Shown here: positions 40,534 through 47,952 of the stretch, one piece after another
Position numbering within the stretch: position 1 is the stretch's first letter
Layout: each line of letters starts with the position of its first letter
From: Planctomycetota bacterium
GTDB lineage: Bacteria; Planctomycetota; UBA11346
Length of the DNA: 47,952 nucleotides
Direction of reading: 5' to 3'
NCBI GenBank assembly: GCA_038213805.1
Contig: JBBQSO010000039.1
Span: forward strand, 1 to 47,952
Translations under genes and position numbers: made by a program
The notes under the pieces: generated by a model
Databases searched by the model: none
Told to the model about the DNA's origin: nothing
Seen by the model: only the letters and a program-made list of their open reading frames with translations

Positions 40534-41936
40534 GGGAAACTCCCGGCGCCGGGGCGGCGAAGGACGTGGTCGAGCTGCTCCTGGGTACGCGCGCTGGCCT
40601 CGGCCAGGACCTCGGCGGCGCTGACCGGGGTGCCATCGTCATGGCGCTCGCCGCGCAGCACGCGATCGACGGCACGGTGCAGTTCGCGCACGTAGAAGGA
40701 CTGCACCGGCATCACTGGACGCTGGTGCCGGCACTCGGCGAGGATCTGCACATAGACCCCGAGATGCGGGAACTTGGCGGCCTCGGCCCAGTAGGCGCTC
40801 GGCTTCCAGCCGGGGAACAGGCGGGTGGTGCGCACCGCCATGCTGGTGCCCTCTTGGCTGGCGCAGGCCCACAGGATGAAGCGCAGCGCCGCCGCGCGGC
40901 GCGCGGGATCGGTGCCGCCGGGAATGGCCATGGTCCAGCCGCCCAGCCAGGCGCTGTGGCGCTCGCCACCCGGCGGCTGGGGCAGGAAGGCGAGCCCGAT
41001 ATCCATGCTCGGCGCATAGCGCTGGACGTTGGCAAGCCCCGAGACGTGCAGCACCTGCAGCGCCTGCCGGCCTATGACGAAAGGGTTGTGCTCGGCCATG
41101 CCGTAGCTTTCCGCCACGGTGGAGATGCGTGCGAAGCCGTAGGTGTGCGCGTAGCCGCTCATCCACTCCAGGGCCGCAACCACTTTCGGATCATCAGCGG
41201 TGACGCGCTGATGGACATCGTCGTAGAACTCGCCGCCGAACGCCCACCCCCAGGTGAACAGGCTGTTGGCGTTGCCGTAGATGCCCCACGGGACGAGCCC
41301 GAGGCGCGCGGCGCGCTGGTCGCCGCCGTCAGCGGCCAATTTGGTGCAAACGGCGTTGAGGCGGTCGAGGTCGGCGAGCGTCTCCGGCGGCCGCTCCGGG
41401 TCGATGGTGCCGGGCGGGACCTCGCCATCCGCCACCAAGCGGCGGAGCATTCCACGATTCCACGCGAACCCGAAGTTGGGATCGGCGCAGTAGGTCAGCG
41501 CGTAGATGTGGCCGCGGTAGACGCACTGCTTCCAGCACGGCGCGAAGAACTCCCCGGCGAGCCGCTCCGGATCGACGCCGGCCTCGCGCAGCAGCCCTTC
41601 GAGCGGCGTGAGCAGGCCGCGCTCCGCCCACTCGGATACCAGCGGACCGTCGACGAACACCACCTCGGGCGCGCAGTGGCCGATCACCGCGGTGAAGAAC
41701 TTCTGGCTGTTGGCCAGGTCGTTGGGGGTGAACAGCAGCCGGGTGCGGGTGTCCGGGTGGGTGCGCTCGTACAGCGCCGCCGCATCCACCCACGGTTCGA
41801 GCAGCGGGCCACCCCACGGGTGCCAGATGCGCAGCGGCGTCCGCCCGTCGTCCGGGCCGTCGCCCGGTGGACGCACCAGCACCAGCAGGACGACGATCGA
41901 CACGACGCAGAGCAGGGCGGCGAGGACGCGGATCAC
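40530..41936 (-). CDS. sugar ABC transporter substrate-binding protein
   Basis: N-terminal hydrophobic anchor; SBP family-1 pattern (WAERGLLTPL, AFLPQP, LGGW); in an operon with the permeases. Confidence 0.88.
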   Translation of the reverse strand: MIRVLAALLCVVSIVVLLVLVRPPGDGPDDGRTPLRIWHPWGGPLLEPWVDAAALYERTHPDTRTRLLFTPNDLANSQKFFTAVIGHCAPEVVFVDGPLVSEWAERGLLTPLEGLLREAGVDPERLAGEFFAPCWKQCVYRGHIYALTYCADPNFGFAWNRGMLRRLVADGEVPPGTIDPERPPETLADLDRLNAVCTKLAADGGDQRAARLGLVPWGIYGNANSLFTWGWAFGGEFYDDVHQRVTADDPKVVAALEWMSGYAHTYGFARISTVAESYGMAEHNPFVIGRQALQVLHVSGLANVQRYAPSMDIGLAFLPQPPGGERHSAWLGGWTMAIPGGTDPARRAAALRFILWACASQEGTSMAVRTTRLFPGWKPSAYWAEAAKFPHLGVYVQILAECRHQRPVMPVQSFYVRELHRAVDRVLRGERHDDGTPVSAAEVLAEASARTQEQLDHVLRRPGAGSFP

Positions 41937-42074
41937 GATGGCTAACCCGGGCGCTCGGGGGGCGGAGTTGCGACGCAGGGCTACATCCCAGCTGGACTCC
42001 TATGTTAGCCACCGCGCGCGCCGAGCCTCATGACGGAAGCCCGGCGCCACTGCAGCGCACCACACGCCGGCGGG

Positions 42075-43319
42075 TCAGTGCCCGGTGAGTTTCGGCTGCG
42101 CCGCGTCCCAGCCCGCCTGGTCGACGGTCTGGACGTGCTGCAGGAACACGAAGGTGCCCTTTTTGTTGCCGACCACGATGTCGGGATGGCCATCGCCATC
42201 GACGTCGGCGATGGTCACGTCGGTGCCCACGCCGGAATCGTCATCGATCTTGTAGGGCACGAAGTGGACCGCGCCTTTCTCGCGCACCTGGCGGAACCAG
42301 TAGAGCACCGCCGGCTCTTTCGCCTGCGGATCGCCATCCGGGCCGTGCGCCCAGAAGCGCTTGCCGGTGACGATGTCGGGCAGGCCGTCGCCGTCGACGT
42401 CGACCACCGCCACCGCGTGCATCTGGGTGAAGACCAGACCGTAGGCGTTCTCCTCGGGGGTCTTGCCCATGATCAGGTGCTTGGTGAAGGTGTGGTCGGC
42501 CTGCTGCTCGAACCACGCCAGTCCGAAGCCGTGCGCCTCGAGACTGGTGACGATGTCCGCGCGACCGTCGCCATTGACGTCGACCACGCGCATCTGCGCG
42601 CCGCCGCTGCCGAGATCGGCGGCGTGATAGACCCACGGCACCGCGTCGGCGCTGGCGGGATGCTCCCACCAGCCTTCCTTGAGGAGCAGATCGCTGCGCC
42701 CATCGCCGTTCACGTCACCGTAGCCGAAGCCATGGGTGTAGCGCTCCCACTTGCCCTGCTCGGAGATGGCGTGGAAGGCCCACGGCTGGTCCGGGGCCTT
42801 CGCGTCGGGCTCGGCGTAGCCGATGCGCCCACCGCTGGTGCAGAGCAGCTCGGGCTTGCCGTCACCAGTGATGTCGGCAAAGGCCGGCGACTCGTTGTCA
42901 ACCGAGGCCAGCGCCAGGTGCTGCTTCCACGGACCCTCGGCGCCCTTGGGGTTTTCCCACCAGAAGGCCTCCTTGCCGGGATAGCCGACGGTGACGATGT
43001 CGGCCCAGCCGTCGCCGTTGATGTCGCCGGCGAAGGTGAAGAACTGCAGCTGGGAATAGGTGTGCGGATCGAAGGGCTTGCCCGGGTAGAACTCGTGCTT
43101 CACCGCGAAGCCCGGACCTTCGTACCAGAACGGACCGGAGATGATGTCCAGCTTCCCGTCCTTGTTGATGTCGGCGACCGCTGCACCTTCATTGTAGAAC
43201 ACATCGCTCAGGCGCTGCTTGGTGAAGGTGTGCAGGACCAGCGGCTCGGCCGCCGCGGCGCCCGCGACGGCGCCGAAGGCGAGGAGCGTGCAAAGGGTCG
43301 ACGGAAGGACGGTGGCCAT
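42075..43319 (-). CDS. exported FG-GAP/VCBS repeat protein
   Basis: Signal peptide and seven DxxxDGxxD/E loops (for example DINKDGKLD, DINGDGWAD, DVDGDGHPD). Confidence 0.9.
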   Translation of the reverse strand: MATVLPSTLCTLLAFGAVAGAAAAEPLVLHTFTKQRLSDVFYNEGAAVADINKDGKLDIISGPFWYEGPGFAVKHEFYPGKPFDPHTYSQLQFFTFAGDINGDGWADIVTVGYPGKEAFWWENPKGAEGPWKQHLALASVDNESPAFADITGDGKPELLCTSGGRIGYAEPDAKAPDQPWAFHAISEQGKWERYTHGFGYGDVNGDGRSDLLLKEGWWEHPASADAVPWVYHAADLGSGGAQMRVVDVNGDGRADIVTSLEAHGFGLAWFEQQADHTFTKHLIMGKTPEENAYGLVFTQMHAVAVVDVDGDGLPDIVTGKRFWAHGPDGDPQAKEPAVLYWFRQVREKGAVHFVPYKIDDDSGVGTDVTIADVDGDGHPDIVVGNKKGTFVFLQHVQTVDQAGWDAAQPKLTGH

Positions 43320-43541
43320 GAGGGTATCCAGGGGGTGCAGGACAGGAGTACGGCGTCCGGCATGATGCCGTTGCGTCGGCGTTCCGGAAGCGGATCTGGC
43401 GGTGTGGCGCCAGCACCGGCGCACATGCCTTGAACGGGGCTCATCAATGTTCGCGTGGAATCGTCCTCAACGGCGCTCATGCACTGGACAAGGTCGGATA
43501 CCTGGAGTTCGATCCGGTTTTCCGGTCAAACGTGTCCGCTC

Positions 43542-43901
43542 TCAGGCGAGGTCGGCCCACGTCTCGGGTGCGAACCCGACCAGGCCGCGCGTGCCGGCGA
43601 GCACGAACGGGCGCTTGATGAGGTTGCCGTTGCCGGCGAGCAGGGTGAGCGCCGCCGCGTCGGTCATGGTCGGCAGCTTGTCCTTCATGCCGAGCGCGCG
43701 GTAGTCCTGGCCGCTGGTGTTGAACAGGCGCTTCACGTCGCCGCCGACCGCCGCCAGCATGCGTTTGAGCTGCGGCACGCCCGGCGGGCGTTCGCGGATG
43801 GGCAGCTCGCGGAAGGGCACCCCTCGCGACTTCAGGAAGGCGGTGGCCTTGCGGCAGGTGCTGCACTTGGCGTAGGTGTAGACGTCGAGCATGCGCGGCA
43901 T
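43542..43901 (-). CDS. ArsC/Spx/MgsR (YffB-like) family protein
   Basis: YAKCSTCRKA, LFNTSGQDYR, LIKRPF...GF. Confidence 0.88.
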   Translation of the reverse strand: MPRMLDVYTYAKCSTCRKATAFLKSRGVPFRELPIRERPPGVPQLKRMLAAVGGDVKRLFNTSGQDYRALGMKDKLPTMTDAAALTLLAGNGNLIKRPFVLAGTRGLVGFAPETWADLA

Positions 43902-43933
43902 CGTGGGCCGCGAGACGCGAAGCCAAGGCGCGA

Positions 43934-45229
43934 TCAGCGCCAGGAGGCCGGCAGGTCGGCGTCGGTGGCGAGCAGGATGGCGAGGATGGCGGCGCGCTCA
44001 TCCGCGCCGAGGTAGGCGTATTCGCCGCTCGCGTCGGTGCCGAGCAGGATGGCGTGCAGGCGCCCGTAGAGGTGATCCTTGAGCGGCGCCGGCAGGGCGA
44101 CGAAGGCCTGCGAGGTGATCAGCCAGCTGCAACGGTAGCGCAGGAGGCGGTGACGCAGGTCGAGATCACGCAGCGAGTGGCTCTGGCCGTCGCGCGGCCC
44201 GCGCGCGGCGAACTCCGCCGCGAAGCCGGAGCTGCCCGCGACCGGGTCGGGCAGCTGCGTCTCGTCGGCGAACAGCAGGTAGCGCAGCAGCTCATCGCCG
44301 GCGCTGCGGATGCGCCGCACGGTGCTGTCGCTGCGGAAATCCGCCCCGCGCTGCAGCGCCTGGTTCATCGCCGCCTCATCGCGTAGCGCGAGGCGCGCGG
44401 CATAGCCGGCGCGGGTGATGAGGTTGTGCATGCGCGCCTGGTGGCCGAGCACCAGCAGCGCGATCAGATCGCTGCCCGGCTCGAGGTAGTCCGCAGGATC
44501 GATGCGGTGACCGAGGGTCGCAAGGTTGGCGCCCGGCTCGCGGTCCACAGCCTCGGGCGCGGTGGTCCCGTCGACCAGCAGGTTGCCGAGATGGCGCATG
44601 CGCCCGTGGCTGCCAGTGACGTACCAGCCGCCCCAGCGTTCAGCCCACGGGCTGCCCTGGTCGGTGGTGAACGAGCCGTGATCAAGCAGCGGCTGGCCGC
44701 TGCGGTCGGTGAAGGTCGAGCGCAGCACCAGCCCCGGCACGCCGCCGGTCTGCCCGTTGGCGTCGTGGCACTGCAGACATTCGTGGGTCTGGCGCCGCGG
44801 CCGCGGCCGCTCGCCACGGTGGGCGTCGAGCACGTAGAACATGGTGCCTTGGCGCGGATCGGTGGCGGCCAGCTCGATCACCCCGCCATCCGGGACGGTG
44901 CCGACGTAGACCTCGTCGTTGAAATACAGCGCGCGCGGCGTCGACGGCGCGATCAGGTCGCGTTGCAGGCTGATCTTGGCGAACACCAGGACCTGCGATG
45001 CGGCCGGCACCGCCAGCGCCCGCAGCACGGCCGGCAGGTACCCATGCGCCGCATTCCACTCCAGGGTCGTGCTGCCGTCCTCCAGCCGCCGCAACAATCC
45101 CGCCACCGCGTCGGCGGGCACGCTCGCACTGTAGCTGATCGGCGCTTCGTCGTAGTCCGCCGCTGCCAGCCGCACCGCCAGCGTGACCAGCAGTGCAGCC
45201 ACGATGCGGACCGCTGCGCGCGAATTCAT
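43934..45229 (-). CDS. exported hypothetical protein with a single CxxCH heme motif
   Basis: Signal-like N-terminus; SQVLVFAK.SLQ, PRALYFNDEVYVG, CLQCH, ERWGGWYVTG. Start uncertain. Confidence 0.75.
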   Translation of the reverse strand: MNSRAAVRIVAALLVTLAVRLAAADYDEAPISYSASVPADAVAGLLRRLEDGSTTLEWNAAHGYLPAVLRALAVPAASQVLVFAKISLQRDLIAPSTPRALYFNDEVYVGTVPDGGVIELAATDPRQGTMFYVLDAHRGERPRPRRQTHECLQCHDANGQTGGVPGLVLRSTFTDRSGQPLLDHGSFTTDQGSPWAERWGGWYVTGSHGRMRHLGNLLVDGTTAPEAVDREPGANLATLGHRIDPADYLEPGSDLIALLVLGHQARMHNLITRAGYAARLALRDEAAMNQALQRGADFRSDSTVRRIRSAGDELLRYLLFADETQLPDPVAGSSGFAAEFAARGPRDGQSHSLRDLDLRHRLLRYRCSWLITSQAFVALPAPLKDHLYGRLHAILLGTDASGEYAYLGADERAAILAILLATDADLPASWR

Positions 45230-45362
45230 CCTCATCTGCATCGACGCACCCCCCGAGCGTCCTGCGACAGCGCTGTAACCATGTCTGTTTCCCGCGCTCA
45301 TTAAAAGGACATATCGATCCGGTTATACGATTAAGACCCCGGCGCGTTGCTGTATGCCCCTC

Positions 45363-45767
45363 CTATTTCCCCACCTCCACCACCCGCCACCCTTCGGCCG
45401 CTGGCGCCTCTGGCAGCAGCGCGATCGCGCCGGGCAGGTCGCGCACCAGCTCGAGAGCCTGGCGGTTGGTCTGCACCACGCGCGGCATGGCGCCACCACC
45501 CGAGAACACCAGGCGCTTCCAGCCGCGCAGCAGGCGCTCGGTATCGCGGCCGACGATCTCGCGCACCACCAGGTCGGCGCTTTCCTCGAGCGACAGGACG
45601 ATCCGCACCGCGCTGCCGTCACTCCAGGTCGAGATGCGCCCGAGCATGATGTCGCGCACGCGCTCGACGCTGGGCGAGTCCTCCGGCACGTGGGCGTTCA
45701 GCACGGCGACCTCCGCCGGGAGGCGGGCCGCAGCCAGCAGCACCACGAGCAGGGCGAGGTGGCGCAT
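45363..45767 (-). CDS. small exported protein resembling a half periplasmic binding protein
   Basis: Signal peptide; RDIMLGR...W.DG; WKRLVFSG.G..P; V...PGAI. TGATG overlap with the upstream barrel gene. Confidence 0.75.
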   Translation of the reverse strand: MRHLALLVVLLAAARLPAEVAVLNAHVPEDSPSVERVRDIMLGRISTWSDGSAVRIVLSLEESADLVVREIVGRDTERLLRGWKRLVFSGGGAMPRVVQTNRQALELVRDLPGAIALLPEAPAAEGWRVVEVGK

Positions 45768-46957
45768 CAGAAGTCCACCGTGGTCTTCAACGCGAAGATT
45801 TGCCAGTTCTGCGTGAAACCACTGGGGTTGTCCGACGCAAGCAGCCCGGTGGTGCCCCACAGATCGCGGAACTCGGCCTTCAGTGACCAGTGCGCGAGCG
45901 GCTGGAAGCGCACCGCCAGCACCGCCGCATACACATAGGAGGCGCTGTCGTGATAGGCGTCGGCCCAGGTCGCCTCGAACGCTGCGTAGGGCTCGAGCCA
46001 ACGGCGAGCATGCCAGGTGGCGCTCGCGTAGGCGCCCGCACTGTTGTCGACCAGGTCGGAGCCGAAGCCGAGGGGCGCCACTTCGACGTGGGCGCGGCCG
46101 TGGATGCGCAGGTACTCGGCCGCCAGCGTGGCGGAAGGCAGTTCGAGCTGGGCGGAAAGCACACCCTGCCAGTAGTTTTCAGCCTGGGTGTGGCTGGTGG
46201 TGCCGGTCGCGGGTGACGCGGCATCGACGCGGAAGTCATGCAGGTCGAGCAGGCTGGCGCGCAGCGCCAGCCCCGACCAGGGCGTGTTCCACTGCACCAT
46301 GCCGCCGGCATTCAGACCGGTGGTCATGGTGTCGATACGCTCGCCCAGGCCGAGTTCAGTCAGGTAGGTCGCGAAGCCGCCGTTGGTGTTGTACGACTTG
46401 CGGCCGGCGTGCAGTGCGTATTCGACGCTGCCCCCGCCGCCGATCTGGACCAGGCCGTAGACCTTCACCCCGTCGTTGGAGATGTAGAAGTCGCGGGTGC
46501 GCAGCGCATAGATGCTCAGCGGCAGGAAGATCGGCACGCGCGCCGCGTCGACGTCGAGTTCCTCGTTGTAGAGGCCAAAGGGGATCTTGAAGCGCCCCAC
46601 GGTGACGCCCAGTGCATCAGCCGCCCGCCAGTCGGCATAGGCCCAATCGAGGGTGGCACGCCCGTTGTCGTAACGGGACAGGTCGCGCGCATAGATCTGC
46701 GCGCCGAGGCGCAGGCGGTCGACCGGCCGGGCGATGACATTGGTGGCGGCTTCCCAGAATTGGGTGGTACCCCGGTCGTCGACGCCGAACCAGTTGTTCC
46801 CGGCGGCGGCCAGCCAGCCGAAGCTGGCGAAGCCGTGCGCCTCGAGCCCGAGGGCTTCGCCAGGGTACTCGTACCCCCACGCCGGGGTCGCGAGCAGCGC
46901 CAGGATGGCCACCAGCGCGGTGGGCGTGCGTCGCAGTGGGCGTTTTGCGTCCAGCAT
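45767..46957 (-). CDS. outer-membrane beta-barrel / porin-like protein
   Basis: Signal peptide (AWG); HGFASFG; LDWAYADW; GRFKIPFGLYNE; C-terminal Phe (TTVDF). Confidence 0.8.
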   Translation of the reverse strand: MLDAKRPLRRTPTALVAILALLATPAWGYEYPGEALGLEAHGFASFGWLAAAGNNWFGVDDRGTTQFWEAATNVIARPVDRLRLGAQIYARDLSRYDNGRATLDWAYADWRAADALGVTVGRFKIPFGLYNEELDVDAARVPIFLPLSIYALRTRDFYISNDGVKVYGLVQIGGGGSVEYALHAGRKSYNTNGGFATYLTELGLGERIDTMTTGLNAGGMVQWNTPWSGLALRASLLDLHDFRVDAASPATGTTSHTQAENYWQGVLSAQLELPSATLAAEYLRIHGRAHVEVAPLGFGSDLVDNSAGAYASATWHARRWLEPYAAFEATWADAYHDSASYVYAAVLAVRFQPLAHWSLKAEFRDLWGTTGLLASDNPSGFTQNWQIFALKTTVDF

Positions 46958-47025
46958 CACGGTCACTTCTACGATATCGGGCGGCGAGCGTCCAGTGCAC
47001 ACCCGGCCCGCTGCCGAGAGTGGGC

Positions 47026-47952
47026 TCACGGGGGGGTCTGCGCGCCAGGTGCAGCCGGGCCACCGCTGAAGGCGAAGCGGATTTCCGCACCCACGCCCAC
47101 CTCGCCCGTGGCGCGGATCCACCCGCCGTGCCGGTCGACGATGCGTTTGACCGTGGCCAGGCCGATGCCAGTGCCCTCGAACTCGTGCGCGGCATGCAGG
47201 CGCTGGAAGGGCGCAAACAACGCCCCGGCGTGCGCCTGGTCGAAGCCTGCGCCGTTGTCGCGCACCACGAATGCCTCGCCGTCGGCGGCGAACTCGATGC
47301 ACGCGTCCGCGCGCCGGCCGGTGTACTTCCAGGCGTTGCCGAGCAGGTTCTCGAGCACGCTGCGCGCCAGCCCCGGATCGGCGCGGCAGCGCAGCGCGTC
47401 GGCGATCCGGCAGTCGACGCGACGCTGCGGCTCCTTCTCGCGCAGCTCAGCGAGCACCTCGCGGGCGATGGCACCAAGGTCGACCTCCTCGACCGTCATG
47501 GCGCGGCGCGCGATGCGCGACAGGCCGAGCAGGTCGTCGATCAGCCGGCCCATGCGCGCGGTGGCGCGGCGGATGGTGGCGAGGTGGCCGCGGCCGACGT
47601 CGTCGAGACGCTCGGCGCAGTCCTCGAGCAACGCCTTGCTGAAGCCGTCGATGCTGCGCAGCGGTGAGCGCAGGTCGTGCGCCACCGAATACGAGAACGC
47701 CTCAAGCTCGCGATTGGCGAGTTCGAGGGCGCGCTTGGCGCCGGCGAGCAGTGCGACGCTTTCGCTGAGCGCGGCGGTGCGCGCGGTAACGCGGTCCTCG
47801 AGCGCCGCGTTGAGCGCGCCGAGACGCACTTCGTGCTCGCGCACCGCGGCGAGCGCGCTGCGCAGCGCCGCTTCGCGCGCCGCCACCGCCGCGCCCATGC
47901 CCAGGAAGGCGCGCGACAGGTCGCCGACCTCGTCGCCGCGCCGCGCGTCGAG
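47026..47952 (-). CDS. 5'-truncated sensor histidine kinase (HAMP-HisKA-HATPase)
   Basis: Frame open to the window end (DEVGDLSRAF, HAMP); FSYSVAHDLRSPL, NLLGNAWKY, DNGAGF, GTGIGL. Confidence 0.93.
   Translation of the reverse strand, partial: LDARRGDEVGDLSRAFLGMGAAVAAREAALRSALAAVREHEVRLGALNAALEDRVTARTAALSESVALLAGAKRALELANRELEAFSYSVAHDLRSPLRSIDGFSKALLEDCAERLDDVGRGHLATIRRATARMGRLIDDLLGLSRIARRAMTVEEVDLGAIAREVLAELREKEPQRRVDCRIADALRCRADPGLARSVLENLLGNAWKYTGRRADACIEFAADGEAFVVRDNGAGFDQAHAGALFAPFQRLHAAHEFEGTGIGLATVKRIVDRHGGWIRATGEVGVGAEIRFAFSGGPAAPGAQTPP

Noticed and set aside
43495..43530. GTTCGA T-loop-like sequence suggesting a tRNA
   Set aside because: The loop size is non-canonical and no acceptor, D or anticodon arms could be built.

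Overview
High-GC bacterial chromosomal segment. The lineage is probably Planctomycetota/PVC, inferred from the DUF1592/DUF1552 cytochrome pair, a PA14/beta-propeller protein, an FG-GAP protein and a conserved CxxCH hypothetical. Housekeeping genes include nth, ribH-nusB-ribD, gyrA, cutA, a PfkB kinase, an asparaginase and an S4 protein. Other content: a multi-sensor kinase with an NtrC-type activator, a glycogen cluster (glgC, hypothetical, DUF4912, GH57, GNAT), a LacI-associated carbohydrate region with a sugar ABC transporter, an Ig-repeat adhesin remnant, and a kinase/beta-barrel/mini binding-protein module at the right edge. No tRNA, rRNA, CRISPR array or transposase was seen. The most striking unexplained signal is a set of at least 7 intergenic elements of about 130-200 bp. 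They share one architecture (a 7-8 nt unit tandemly repeated on one side and its reverse complement on the other, around a short unique core) but use five different units. A related heptamer run lies in-frame inside the asparaginase gene. All family assignments come from motif recognition by eye, not database searches.
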